Part shown: one piece after another, positions 14,908 to 28,440 of the stretch
Layout of the letters: every line of letters begins with the position of its first letter
Position numbering within the stretch: the first letter of the stretch is position 1
From: Eledone cirrhosa
Taxonomy: Eukaryota
Direction: 5' to 3'
DNA: 64,000 nucleotides
NCBI GenBank assembly: GCA_964016885.1
Contig: CAXHJY010001399.1
Span: 62,001 to 126,000, forward strand
Made by a program: the position numbers and the translations under genes
Notes under the pieces: generated by a model
Seen by the model: the letters and a program-made list of their open reading frames with translations, nothing else
What the model was told of the DNA's origin: nothing
Databases searched by the model: none

Positions 14908-16266
14908 CCAACTACTACCACCACCACCACTACTACTACTAACACCACTACTACTACTACTACCACCACTACTACTACCAACACTACTACCATTAACACC
15001 ACCAACATTACTACTACAACTACCACCACTACTACCACCACCACTACTACTACTACCACCACTACTACTACCAACACTACTACCATTAACACCACCAACA
15101 CTACTACTACAACTACCACCACTACTACTACCAACACTACTACTAACACCACCACTACTACTACTACCACCACTACTACTAGCAACACTACTACCATTAA
15201 CACCACCAACACTACTACTACAACTACCACAACTACTACCACCACCACTACTACTAACACCACCACTACTACTACTACCACCACTACTACTACAATCACT
15301 ACTACTACCCCCACTACTACTAACACCACTACTACTACTACTACCACTACTAATACTACCACAACCACTACTACCACCACTACTACTACCACTACTACTA
15401 CCAACACTACTACTACCAACACTACTACCATTAACACCACCAACACTACTACTACAACTACCACCACTACTACCACCACCACCACTACTACAACTACCAC
15501 CACTACTACCACCACCACCACTACTACTAACACCACCATTACTACTAACATCACCAACAGTACTACTACCAGTACCACCACCACTACTACTACCAACACT
15601 ACTACTACCAACACTACTACCACCACCACTACTACTACCATAACACTACTACTACTACCACTACCACCACCACTACTACTACCAACACTACTACTACTAA
15701 CACCACTACTAACACCACCACCACACCACCACCACCAGCACCAGCACCACCACCACACCACCACCACCACCACCTCATCACCACCACCACCACACCACCA
15801 CCACCACCACCACCACCACCACCACCACCACCACCACCACCACCACCACCACACCATCACCACCACCACCACACCACCACCACCACCATCACCACCACCA
15901 CCACACCACCACCACCACCACCACCACCACCACCACCACCACCACCACACCACCACCACACAACCACCACCACCACCACCACCACCACCACCACCACCAC
16001 CATCACCACACCACCACCACCACCATCACCACACAACCACCACCACCACCACCACCACCACCACCACCACCACCACCACCACCACACCACCACACCATCA
16101 CCACACCACCACCACCACACCACACCACCACACCATCACCACACAACCACCACCACCACCACCATCACCACCACCACACCACCACCACCACCACACCACC
16201 ACCACCACCACCACCACACCACCACACAACCACCACCACCATCACCACCACCACCACCACACCACC
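14908..16266. repeat. Compound (ACT)n/(ACC)n trinucleotide microsatellite
   Basis: Direct inspection; ACT/ACC mixture shifting to mainly ACC. Confidence 0.95.
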
Positions 16267-16446
16267 AAGTATTATACTGTAGTCAGCTCTCCTCGGGTCT
16301 GGCAACTCGATCCCTTCTCGCTTTACTAGGCCGACTTTTTGTTTGTAAAACTTTCTGACAAAGAAACACAGACGCCTTCGTACACACACACACACACACA
16401 CACAGACACACACACACACACACACACACACATGTTGGGTACCATC

Positions 16447-16512
16447 TCTGTCTGATGAACGATCCAGACGTATATTAATACTGTCTAGGGTCCTGAAACC
16501 TTTGGTAATGGA
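16447..16512 (+). ncRNA. Type I HHR motif (related to the 13232 motif)
   Basis: TCTGT-CTGATGA-stem II-GAAA-CCTTTGG-TA-ATGGA; (TA)n about 30 bp downstream. Confidence 0.65.
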
Positions 16513-16571
16513 TTAATTATATATTGTGTTCACTTTCTAATTAAATATATATATATATATATATATATATA

Positions 16572-16750
16572 ATTGTTTCTACTATTGGCACAAGGCCAGC
16601 AATTACCCAGTACATTACTGGTACTTTATTTTATCGACCCCGTAAGGATGAAAGGCAAAGTTAACCTCGGCGGGATTTGAACTCAGAATGGCAAGGGCCG
16701 TAACTCTATGCATCAAAGCATGGCGTCCGACCTTCTACCGATACTGCCAA
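16572..16750 (-). mobile_element. tRNA-derived SINE (octopus OK-like)
   Basis: Homologous to 50286-50475; further copies near 18003, 18240, 26360, 26936(+), 28701, 39507(+), 51913, 52882, 55984, 62621. Confidence 0.8.
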
Positions 16751-16754
16751 ATAA

Positions 16755-17182
16755 TGTTGAGTATGTGTTGGTTGTTTAACGACACCCCAGTATGCAGGTT
16801 GGAGCACTCAACGAAGTGCGCAGGTTGGTTTGTTTACTCCGGAGTAATGTAAAAACAATAAGTGTAAGTCAACAGGTTAAAATTAACTTCGTTTATTCAC
16901 ATTCACTGCTATATATATTTTAGTAACAGCCATAATTCAACAGCTATCACCTCATCAGGCTTCCAGTTCCGTAGAGGACTAACAACGCACCCAGGATCTG
17001 AACATATCAATGGATTAAGACGGTAAAATCCATTGCAACATCATGTTTTCCTGTTTTTTTTTCTGTTTAAATTCTTACTGCCTGATGAGGTCATAGCTGT
17101 TGAATAATAGCTATCACTGAAATATATATAGCAGCGAATATGAATAAACGAAGCTAATTTTACCCTGTTGACTTACACATCT

Positions 17183-17185
<3 letters not shown>
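16755..17185 (-). mobile_element. PLE-like inverted-repeat element with HHRs
   Basis: Imperfect arms at about 16860-16960 and 17081-17183; intact motif at 17075-17138 (+): CTGC-CTGATGA-stem II-GAAA-TATATA-TA-GCAG. Confidence 0.7.
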
Positions 17186-17250
<65 letters not shown>

Positions 17251-17252
<2 letters not shown>

Positions 17253-17439
17253 CGAAGGAAATGTGGTAAGGAACCAGGTGGACCATAACGCACCAAAGTA
17301 CTCAATACTTAGGGTAGTAGAGTGGGTAATAGGAACAAGTAAGACCCCGACGGCTGAGCTCAAGCCGTTTCGACGGCTAATTCTGGACTGAATTAGCCGT
17401 CGAAACGGCTTGAGCTCAGCCGTCGGGGTCTTACTTGTT

Positions 17440-17444
<5 letters not shown>
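17251..17444 (-). mobile_element. PLE-like hairpin plus tail remnant in (TA)n
   Basis: Arms 17329-17383 and 17390-17444 containing GAAA-CGGCT..AGCCG-TC; same family rearranged at 42657-42822. Confidence 0.7.
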
Positions 17445-17489
<45 letters not shown>

Positions 17490-18570
17490 ATACATTAACA
17501 GAGAAAGCTTTAAGCTATACTCTGACTGGCTTCCATCTCACTCAACAAACATTAGGATATACCTTAGTATAATCCCAATTTTACGTTTGGGGTGCTAACT
17601 ATATGAATTTTTCAGATAGCCAGTTGTATTATTTTATATGAGACATAATTATATATATATATATGGCCGGATATGGCCAGTTTAAATGCCTAAGTGTTAA
17701 ACAACAACATGTTTGAAAGGAAAAATTAAACAAAAACCTGTTCCCTATTTACACACATTCACTGACCTATCTGGTACCACGTCAAAGATTAATGGTACTC
17801 TCACCTCATCCATTGTTTCTGATCTGACCCAGTTCATAGACAGTCGCATTCTTTACAATAATTATGAAGCCGTGAAATTTAATTACTTTCTTATTATAAT
17901 CTTGTTCCGTTATTCTTATTTTCATTAAGATTCCGTGTCTTTTTATAAAACTTTAGCACCAGCTTCACCTGACCTGACACGAATTTAGATACATTAAAAC
18001 GATTTCTAATTTCAGCACAAGGCCAGCAATTATGAGGGAGAAGGGAAAGTCGATTAATTGACCCCAGTCCATTACTGGTACTTTATTTTATCGACTCTAA
18101 GAGAATGAAATGCAAAGTTGACCTCGGTAAGATTTAAATTCAGAACGTACAGCGTTGTATTTTGTCCGACGCTCTAACGATTCGCCAATCCACCCTTTTA
18201 GAATATATTAATAATGGCCATCAATTTTGAGGAACGGGAAAGTCGATTAAATCGACCCAGTGCGTTACTGATACTTTATTTTATCGATCACGTAAAGATG
18301 AAAGGCAAAGCTAACCTCAGGAAGATTTGAACTCAGAATATAAAGATCCATAACGAAACACTACGAAGCACGTTGTCCGGCACTCTGACTAATGTTAGCT
18401 TAAAGTTAACTGCTTCTACGGAGGTTTTTGACTACGAAAAATAGTCGAAGTTGGGCATAGAAGCACTGAGGTAATGCTGTCCAATGTTTTGTGTCTGCAG
18501 TAGCTTATCTGCTCAGCTAGTTCGACTATATTTCATAGTAAAAGAAAACCCGTGTTAAGAAGCTAACACA

Positions 18571-18786
18571 CGAGGGTCGGACGAGACTGAAAGGTTCATA
18601 GGCTGACTATGAAGGAGTGATGCTAGAGCTGTGAAATCTTGCATACATTAATTTCAACTCTTATTAATAACTACATTGTTTCTTTCCAGGGACTATGTTG
18701 AACGAATAAACCTCATTTGGTCATTCCATGAGAGTATCTTGGTCAGACTGAACTTTTTAGCTTATAAACTTTTCAGCCCACCCTCG
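18571..18786. mobile_element. Mariner-like MITE
   Basis: Ends CGAGGG...CTGAAAGGTTCATA and TATAAACTTTTCAGCCCACCCTCG-TA; a similar single end at about 24711. Confidence 0.55.
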
Positions 18787-19847
18787 TACATTCAAAATAC
18801 ATTGATAACAGTTTGTTTGTTTGTTGATATTGTACGAACGAAATCTCTTTTCGTAACTCTCCAATTCGTCATTCCGTCCTCTCTTAGCTGCAGGACTCTG
18901 CTGGGTATATTTACTTTGGGGTGGAAACTTCAAGAGAATTTCTTCTTTCTTCTTAAAGTGTACCACCTTCTTAGTTGAAGCTGGTCCAAAACACATCTCT
19001 GCAGTTCTCCGATTAATTGCACTTTGTATCCGATGGTCCAACAGTACAATCTACTTTTAGATGCCATATTCTATTTTTAGTCGAAGTCTTTATACAACTG
19101 TTGTCGGACTTCCGTCGTTTTCGACGACGATCGTTCTAGTTGATTCAGTCAACGGAACTACCTACTCGTGAAATGTTGAAAGATTCATATCAGCTATTAC
19201 AAGTCAGAAACATAACGGTGGAGCGAACAAAAACACGGGAGAGACACAAATACCTGTGTGCACCGCTAAATTATCAGTGTAGACTAGCGACTATTAAACT
19301 CTGTACATACCTCGGCACCCACATTCCACGACATCTGCATGTCAGTGGCAGAAATTCAACATATGGTGGAGAAATTAAATGTTTTTCATTCGTCAGCATC
19401 ACAAACTTCAGAACAGGAGCAAACTGTGACAACTGCTTTATTCTTTCTAAAGTGACATCCACAAAATTGTTTCAAGTGGAATGGGAAGAATTTGTTTTGA
19501 ACCCCGTATAATGCTGTCTCGGTTTCATAGAAAGCATTAATTACATATTCGCAACAGAATAATGTAAACTAATCTAAAACCTTCGAAATATTTCTCACTG
19601 ATGTAGACAATTTGTGACTGATGTGCTCCACAACAGTAGTATTTTTATTGAATAATTTACGACACGGGTTTCAGTTTAGCAACATTATGATTGTAGATCC
19701 TGTACGAGAAAATCAGTTGTTTATTTTTAGAAACCTCAAGTGCCCGAGAGGCTAACCACTTCTGGGAGGTAAGAAGAAAGCACTGCTCTTTGAACTCGAT
19801 GGAACAGATGTAACATTTAAAAATGTATCTCTGGGGATGTAAAAAAA

Positions 19848-20481
19848 GGAAGGACCACCAAAAGATCGTAGAAGTTTTAGAGGGACCACCAAAAGATTGC
19901 AGAGGCTTTAGAAGGACCACCAAAAGATCGTAGAAGTTTTAGAAGGACCACCAAAAGATCGCAGAGGCTTTAGAAGGACCACCAAAAGATCGCAGAAGTT
20001 TTAGAAGAACCACCAAAAGATCGCAGAGGCTTTAGAAGGACCACCAAAAGATCGCAGAAGTTTTAGAAGGACCACCAAAAGATCGCAGAGGCTTTAGAAG
20101 AACCACCAAAAGATTGCAGAAGTTTTAGAAGGACCACCAAAAGATCGCAGAAGTTTTAGAAGGACCACCAAAAGATCGCAGAGGCTTTAGGAGGACCACC
20201 AAAAGATCGCAGAGGTTTTAGAAGGACCACCAAAAGATCGCAAAGGCTTTAGAAGGACCACCAAAAGATCGCAGAAGTTTTAGAAGGACCACCAAAAGAT
20301 CGCAGAGGCTTTAGAAGGACCACCAAAAGATCGCAGAGGCTTTAGAAGGACCAGCAAAATATCGCAGAAGTTTTAGAAGGACCACCAAAAGATCGCAGAG
20401 GCTTTAGAAGGACCACCAAAAGATCGCAGAAGTTTTAGAAGGACCACCAAAAGCTCGCAGAAATTTTAGAAGGACCACCAA
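19848..20481. repeat. 31-bp minisatellite, about 20 copies
   Basis: AAGGACCACCAAAAGATCGCAGA(AGTTT/GGCTT)TAG; two variants largely alternate. Confidence 0.95.
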
Positions 20482-20646
20482 CAGAAATCAATTTGCCGTA
20501 GATTTTAGAGGATTTGCACTTAGAATGCAAAGAGATGGAACAAATACTGCAAGGTATACCATCTGACACTAACAATCCTACCAGTCCACTAACCTAGATG
20601 GGTTCTTTATTTACCAAACACCCTTCCTGTCTATAAATGACTGTTA

Positions 20647-21090
20647 CCATTGACTATTACCAGTTTGAACTAGCTAGAGTTGACCATTGAATATTACCAG
20701 TTTGAACTGGCTAGAACTGACCATTAACTATTACTAGTTTGAACTGGCTAGAGTTGACCATTGACTATTACCAGTTTGAACTGGCTAGAACTGACCATTA
20801 ACTATTACTAGTTTGAACTGGCTAGAGTTGACCATTGACTATTACCAGTTTTAACTGGCTAGAACTGACCATTGACTATTACCAGTTTTAACTGGCTAGA
20901 GTTGACCATTGACTATTACCAGTTTCAACTGACTAGAACTGACCATTAACTATTACCAGTTTTAACCGGCTAGAGTTGACCATTGACTATTACCAGTTTC
21001 AACTGGCTAGAACTGACCATTAACTATTACCAGTTTTAACCGGCTAGAGTTGACCATTGACTATTACCAGTTTGAACTAGCTAGAGTTGA
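20647..21090. repeat. 37-bp minisatellite, about 12 copies, with an internal palindrome
   Basis: CCATTGACTATTACCAGTTTGAACTGGCTAGAGTTGA; CCAGTT/AACTGG dyad. Confidence 0.95.
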
Positions 21091-21399
21091 TCAGCCTACA
21101 CTCAATATGATTGTTTTCTACAAGAGATCAGCAACTGATGGGGATAAATGTAATGGCCATTAAGAAGTTGATCTTAGCAGAGATTTGGTAGAACTGGTAG
21201 AACTGGTAGAACTGGTAGAAGTGGTAGAACTGGTAGAACTACGTGATATACGAGTCATGTAAAAATCAAAGAAGAATCAACTCAGAGTGTTGCTGAATCA
21301 TTGTACACAACCCGTAGTCTGATGACTGTGAATGTCTGATATAATCTTCATTGTATGTATGATACTCCCGAGGGAGTCGTAGGGACGCCATATTGACAT

Positions 21400-21698
21400 G
21401 TTTCTGACTGACTGGCACTCCGTCGGTTACGACGACGAGTGTTCCAGTTGATCCGATCAACGGAACAGCCTGCTCGTGAAATTATGTTCAAGTGGCTGAG
21501 CATTCCACAGACATGCATACACTTAACGTAGTTCTCAGGGAGATTCAACGTGACACACAATGTGACAAGGCTGGCCCTTCGAATTACAGGTACGACTCAT
21601 TTTTTGCCAGCTGAGTGGACTGGAGCAACGTGAAATAAAGTGTCTTGCTCAAGGACACAGTGGACTGGAGCAACGTGAAATAAAGTGTCTTGCTCAAG
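21400..21698 (-). mobile_element. Octopus OR-like SINE body
   Basis: Carries the reverse complement of CTTGAGCAAGACACTTTATTTCACGTTGCTCC, shared with the tRNA-headed SINEs; degenerate relative at about 19100-19290. Confidence 0.65.
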
Positions 21699-22372
21699 GT
21701 GTTCTTGGTGGAGCCCATCTCCTCTGAATACAGCAGATTTCTGGCAGAGAAAGATAGAGAGAATGAGAGAACGGAAGGGAGAAAGAAATATAGAGGAAGA
21801 ATCAACCCCAGTACTTGACTGGTACTTTTTTTTACCTTAAAGTTGACCTCTGCGGGATTTGATCTCAGCGAACAGAGAACCAAAACGAATACTGCTTTGA
21901 GGTTTAACACACCTCCCTATAATTTCTTAGCTTTACTGTCTCCGTCGCTCTTCCCTCTCTCTATAATAGATTATTCCCCCTCTCTATAATTTAACTGCTT
22001 TACTCTCTCTGTCGCTCTTCACTCTCTATATGACAACACTGTTTTACACACATGCCTATAGTTTCTTAGCTTTACTCTCTCCATCGCTCTTCCTTCTCTC
22101 TATAATATATTATTCCCCCTCTCTATAATTTAACTGCTGGGGGAGTCATTGGAGTTCCGTATTGACATACGGCTTTTCTGGGGTATTTTAAATCGGCTTA
22201 TTTCAAATAACAACCCGCAAAATAACACTTCATATAACAGATTAATGCTATAGACATATGAATCGGAAATGTTTAAATTATTTATTTTTTACGACTTTCA
22301 TTGGTTAAATATTAATATGACAACAGCCATAGTGTTGTACTTCTGGCAATTCTGCCGAATACACTGCCAAGG

Positions 22373-22945
22373 ATGAACCTTTTCCCCTCGGCGTCAGATA
22401 TTCCGTTCGATTTCCGGCGATCCCAATCCCCGGTGAGACCATGTTTTGCCAAGTCCATTAACAAGTCACAAGAGCAAACATTGTCGGTGGCGGGTATCCA
22501 TTTGGGGGAGCCATGCTTCTCCCATGGCCAACTTTATGTTGCCTGTTCCTGCGTAGGGAGCAGGAATGGACTTTTTGCTTACACTCCTCAAGGGATGACA
22601 TGCAATATCGTCTACAAAGAGGTGCTACAGATGTTGGTGCAGGTGTTGGAGCTATGCCGTCTGGAAAACTATTTCCTGGTAGGGTCACCCATGGCGGACA
22701 GATCTGACACCCAGCGGCATTAGGGCCACCATCTTGCAACTTTGGTCTGCTAAATTCGCTATTGGAAGATTATTAACCCATCATTGATTGTCCAAAATGC
22801 TAATTGGTTCGTAACATTTAATAACCGGTTCAACTACTTTATGCTCTTAATTGATAAGCTTATTCGCTTTCAAGCCACGTTTACCTGTATGTAACTTTTC
22901 ATAACAAATGAACAAACCCGAGCAACGCCGGGCTAAACTGCTAGT
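22373..22945 (+). mobile_element. Helitron 3' fragment with Pif1-like helicase C-terminus
   Basis: IPFDFRRSQSPVRPCFAKSINKSQEQTL...FSHGQLYVACS...NIVYKEVL; ends CCCGAGCAACGCCGGG hairpin plus CTAG-T. Confidence 0.85.
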
Positions 22946-23126
22946 CTTCATTAAATTTGTTAAAATCCTCTTCTACAATCCATCTATGCCGACTGCTAGG
23001 TCAGCCAAAAATTGAACCACGACCACAATCTATAACGGAGGTGTTGGAGCTTTCTTTGATCGAAAGGATGAAAGGCAAAGTTGACTTGGGTGGGTTTTGA
23101 ACTCAGCAGATGTAGAGGAATGAAAG

Positions 23127-23345
23127 ATAAACAAATACCGGAGATTGTCCGGTCACTTACCCTTCACACCGGTCACCGTCGAGACCTCAGGGGTACTCGG
23201 ACCCCATACTGTCGAGCTCCTCCGCAAGATCGGAACGTCGGCGGCCCGTCTGAGGAAGGAGCCCCCGAGGTGGGGTGGCTGTTGTAGCGGGTGTCGCTGG
23301 CATTATCCACGGGAATGCTTTTGTGGTTTTGTCCGCGGGGCACAG
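23127..23345 (+). pseudogene. CRE-like non-LTR retrotransposon endonuclease C-terminal remnant
   Basis: KYRRLSGHLPFTPVTVETSGVLG...LLRKIG...RVSLAL..GNA with frameshifts and a stop; matches the recalled CRE C-terminal pattern. Confidence 0.6.
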
Positions 23346-23622
23346 CTCCTTTACCACCGTGCCCTAGGCCCAGAGCCCAATCACCCCCACCGCTCCCCCA
23401 ATCTTCTGTGACACTAGAGTCCCTGAAATTCCCTTCCTTTTCCCTTTTTTACTTTCTTCTTTCTTTATATTTTCCTATTTTCCATGCTTTCTTCTCAATC
23501 TTTTCTTCTTCTTCTATTAAACTATATTTACTTCCTATATTCCAGAAAATATTTCTTGCTAAATTCTGAAGAAACTGTTTTAAATAATCTCGTCTGACCG
23601 ACATCTTGGTCAGTGGTGATAG

Positions 23623-23708
<86 letters not shown>

Positions 23709-23743
23709 CACACATACACACACACACATACACACACATACAC

Positions 23744-24322
23744 ACTCTATTCCACTCTATTCCACTCTATTCCACAGTATTCCACTCTATTTCACAGTAT
23801 TCCACTCTATTGCACTCTATACCACTCTATTCCACAGTATTACACTCTATTCCACTCTATACCACAGTATTCCACTCTATTCCACAGTATTCCACTCTAT
23901 TCCACAGTATTCCACAGTATTCCACTCTATACCACTCTATTCCACAGTATTCCACTCTATACCACTCTATTCCACAGTATTCCACTCTATTGCACTCTAT
24001 ACCACAGTATTCCACTCTATACCACAGTATTCCACTCTATACCACTCTATACCACAGTATTCCACTCTATTCCACAGTATTCCACTCTATTGCACTCTAT
24101 ACCACAGTATTCCACTCTATACCACAGTATTCCACTCTATACCACTCTATTCCACAGTATTCCACTCTATTGCACTCTATACCACAGTATTCCACTCTAT
24201 ACCACAGTATTCCACTCTATACCACTCTATACCACAGTATTCCACTCTATTCCACAGTATTCCACTCTATTGCACTCTATACCACTCTTTTCCACAGTAT
24301 TCCACTCTATTCCACTAAATTC
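23744..24322. repeat. 10-bp minisatellite
   Basis: TCCACTCTAT / TCCACAGTAT / ACCACTCTAT variants. Confidence 0.95.
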
Positions 24323-24510
24323 CATAGAGACACACTCGTGTCGTAAATATTTGTGACGAGGTCGTAATTGTTCAACGAAAGACGTTGACACTTAATATCT
24401 GACATTACACATCTAAACAAAAGTGGATTTTACGCCCCACTCACACACACACATACCGACACACACATACCGACACACACACACAGACACACACACACAC
24501 GCACACACGC

Positions 24511-24586
<76 letters not shown>

Positions 24587-25379
24587 GAGTTTTAAATGGC
24601 TATTATGACTGTAACGATGTAATTATCCTAATGTTAATATTTTCTTTTTTATAAACTTATAAACATATTTTATCCCGTGATCGGAAGCTTGTGACAACTT
24701 ATGTCGCCTATACGAGGGGGTGCTGATAAGTAAAAGAAAATACATGAGGATCAGTTAATTATGATTATTTTCAACACATTCGCCTCTCGGATTTACATAC
24801 TTATTGCGGCGGTCCTTCAGTTTTTCTAAACCCTGTAAAAAGAACTCGCAATAAGGACTGACCCTTAGTTTCATTTATGGTGGTGACATGTCGAATAAGT
24901 TTACTTACCAACATAGAATCTCTTTCTCCCCTCACTGTTATACACAGCTTCTTGGAGACATGACCTCAACTCTTTTAACCATTCTTGACATATTCTAATC
25001 TTATTAGATTTTCTCAGCAAAGCATAAACTTTGTTGTCTGTGGGAATGCAGCCGAAACTATTTCTCTTTATCTAGGGTACTAATCAGATGCTTAACTAGG
25101 GTATGACAAGGATAGCACGTGTCATGGGGGGGGGGGGGTTTACATGTAGGGGGTGCCACTTGGACTAGAAGCACGTGCCATGGGGAGCCACATGAAGGGG
25201 GCACCACTTGGACTAGGAGCAGGTTCTATTAAAGTCAAATAAACCTCGTCTGAGAGTAAAAAAAGAAACTCCTTCAGCTGTATGATCTGTCTCTATCATG
25301 GGTGAGAAACATTATGGTGGCTGGATCATTAAACCATTTATATAAATTATAAACCTCCATAGATTAAAATACAGTGCTG

Positions 25380-26138
25380 GGCAGGGGTGCAATTTCACAG
25401 CTTGCCATAGGGGCTATTTTACCTAGTTATGCCTCTGGACAGGGGCACAATTTCACAGCTTGCCATAGGGGCTATTTTACCTAGTTATGCCTCTGGACAG
25501 GGGCACAATTTCACAGCTTGCCATAGGGGCTATTTTACCTAGTTATGCCTCTGGACAGGGGCACAATTTCACAGCTTGCCATAGGGGCTATTTTACCTAG
25601 TTATGCCTCTGGACAGGGGCACAATTTCACTGCTTGCCATAGGGGCTATTTTACCTAGTTAAGCCTCTGGACAGGGGCACAATTTCACTGCTTGCCATAG
25701 GGGCTATTTTACCTAGTTATGCCTCTGGACAGGGGCACAATTTCACAGCTTGCCATAGGGGCTATTTTACCTAGTTATGCCTCTGGACAGGGGCACAATT
25801 TCACTGCTTGCCATAGGGGCTATTTTACCTAGTTAAGCCTCTGGACAGGGGCACAATTTCACTGCTTGCCATAGGGGCTATTTTACCTAGTTATGCCTCT
25901 GGACAGGGGCACAATTTCACTGCTTGCCATAGGGGCTATTTTACCTAGTTATGCCTCTGGACAGGGGCACAATTTCACTGCTTGCCATAGGGGCTATTTT
26001 ACCTAGTTATCCCTCTGGACGGGGGCACAATTTCACTGCTTGGCAGCCATAGGAGCTATTTTCCCTAGTTATATCCTCTGGGTAGGGGCACAATGTCACT
26101 GCTTGCCATCGGTCGTATTTTCCCTAGTTATGCCTCTG
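25380..26138. repeat. 58-bp tandem repeat, about 13 copies
   Basis: GGACAGGGGCACAATTTCAC(A/T)GCTTGCCATAGGGGCTATTTTACCTAGTTATGCCTCT. Confidence 0.95.
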
Positions 26139-27277
26139 GTACTAATACTTCCAGGAAAGGCATGAATGTCACATATTCTCATTCATAGTTGTTTGCTGTT
26201 TCACACGACTCATTATAAATCACCAACTTACTGTTACGACAAACCTACCCACCTTAATAGGGTGTGTTAGGAAGAAGGCCTGCTATTTGCGGAGAGGGGG
26301 GAAACTCGATTATATGCACCCCAATAGTTTACTGGTACCGCCTTAAAGAACAAGAAATAATTGTTTCTACTTTTGGCACAAGGCCAGCAAATTATCTCAG
26401 TGCATTACTGGTACTTTATTTTATCGACCCCGTAAGAATGAAAGGCAAAGTTAACCTCGGTGGGATTTGAACTCAGACCATAAAGGGCCGTAACTCTTTG
26501 CTGCAATTCATGGCGTCCGACCCTCTACCGATACTGCCAATCCACAATGATTTCTAATTTAGGTGCATGGCTAATCCATCGTCCCTTTATAATAATTTAC
26601 AATTTAGGCACAAGGCCAACAGTTTTTTTTATGGCGGGGTGAGTCGATTATATATACCCCAATAGTTTACTGGTACCACCTTAAAGAACAAGAAATAATA
26701 ATTTCTAATTTTTTTTTTTTTTTTTCGACGAAATATAACTTTATTTTCAAAAGATAAATAAATATGAGAAAGTAAGATTTAATTAAGTAATTAAATGGGG
26801 AAGGGTTAAGTAAGGGCAGATCTGGTTGTATGGGAATGTAGAGGAAAGAACTATGAAGGACATACATGAGAGGAACAGGAGGGGAAAAGCAAGGGCAAGG
26901 CCAACAAGAGGGAAGGAGAATATATCGTTATCAGAGGGCACTGGATTGGCAGTATCGGTAGAGGGTCGGACGCCATGCTTTGCAGCATAGAGTTACGCTC
27001 TTTTACGGTCTGAGTTCAAATCCCGCCGAGGTTAACTTTGCCTTTCATCCTTACGGAAGGTCGATAAAATAAAGTACCAGTAATACACTGGGCATAATTG
27101 CTGGCCTTGTGCCAAAAGTAGAAACAATTATATAATCACAGTTATTATATTTCATCGATTCTTGAAAGATCGAAGGCAAAGTTGATCTCGACGGGATTTG
27201 AAGGTAAAACGTAAAGGGACGTAGCTAAATGCTACAAAGCATTTAGTCGGACGATCTAACGATTCTGTGAAGACGTC

Positions 27278-28130
27278 TGGCCTAGTGGTTAGAGTGTTGG
27301 ACTTACGATGGGTTCGATTTCTTGACCGGGTGATGTGTTAGGTTCTTGAGCCAAACATGTTTTCATGTTGCTCCATTATACTCAGTGGAGGCCTATGGCC
27401 TAGTGGTAAGAGTGTTGGACTTACGATGGGTTCGATTTCTTGACCGGGTGATGTGTTAGGTTCTTGAGCCAAACATGTTTTCATGTTGCTCCATTATACT
27501 CAGTGGAGGCCTATGGCCTAGTGGTAAGAGTGTTGGACTTACGATGGGTTCGATTTCTTGACCGGGTCATGTGTTAGGTTCTTGAGCCAAACATGTTTTC
27601 ATGTTGCTCCATTATACTCAGTGGAGGCCTATGGCCTAGTGGTAAGAGTGTTGGACTTACGATGGGTTCGATTTCTTGACCGGGTCATGTGTTAGGTTCT
27701 TGAGCCAAACATGTTTTCATGTTGCTCCATTATACTCAGTGGAGGCCTATGGCCTAGTGGTAAGAGTGTTGGACTTACGATGGGTTCGATTTCTTGACCG
27801 GGTCATGTGTTAGGTCCTTGAGCCAAACATGTTTTCATGTTGCTCCAGTATACTCAGTGGAGGCCTATGGCCTAGTGGTTAGAGTGTTGGACTTACGATG
27901 GGTTCGATTTCTTGACTGGGTCATGTGTTAGGTCCTTGAGCCAAACATGTTTTCATGTTGCTCCAGTATACTCAGTGGAGGCCTATGGCCTAGTGGTAAG
28001 AGTGTTGGACTTACGATGGGTTCGATTTCTTGACTGGGTCATGTGTTAGGTCCTTGAGCCAAACATGTTTTCATGTTGCTCCAGTATACTCAGTGGAGGC
28101 CTATGGCCTAGTGGTAAGTGTGTTGGACTT
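27278..28130 (+). repeat. 118-bp tandem array of a tRNA-derived SINE head, about 7 copies
   Basis: Each unit has an A box TGGCCTAGTGG and a B-box-like GGTTCGATT; homologous to the SINE at 28186-28440. Confidence 0.85.
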
Positions 28131-28185
28131 TGACTAAATAATTCGGTTATATTGCTTACTGTTACTTACTGTTATGTGGAGACAC

Positions 28186-28440
28186 TTGGCCTTGTGGTAA
28201 GGGTGTTGGTCTTACGACCCTAATGTTGTGGGTTCGATTCCTTGACTGTGTTCTTGAGCGAAACACTTCATTTCACGCTGTTCCAGTATATTCAGCTTAA
28301 AATGAACGCCAGTAGTAACTAGAGGTTTAACCCTGCCATAGACTGGCGTCCTATCCAGGGGGGAAGCCTTGTTCTCTCAGTCCCTTAATGCCACAGAAAC
28401 TGGGAAAAGCACCGGTCTAATGAACTTGAGGACAGACTTT
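28186..28440 (+). mobile_element. tRNA-derived SINE
   Basis: TGGCCTTGTGG...GGTTCGATTCC...CTTGAGCGAAACACTTCATTTCACG; relatives at about 30575-30890 and 50490-50715(-). Confidence 0.7.

Noticed and set aside
14895-16431. 354-aa poly-Val/Trp ORF (or Thr/His-rich on the plus strand)
   Set aside because: Trinucleotide microsatellite; no splice or domain context
19848-21090. CRISPR-like appearance of the 31- and 37-bp repeats with a dyad
   Set aside because: Head-to-tail units with no unique spacers, no cas genes, eukaryotic context
27278-28130. Tandem tRNA gene cluster
   Set aside because: Anticodon/variable region shortened, no full cloverleaf, and each unit continues into SINE body sequence
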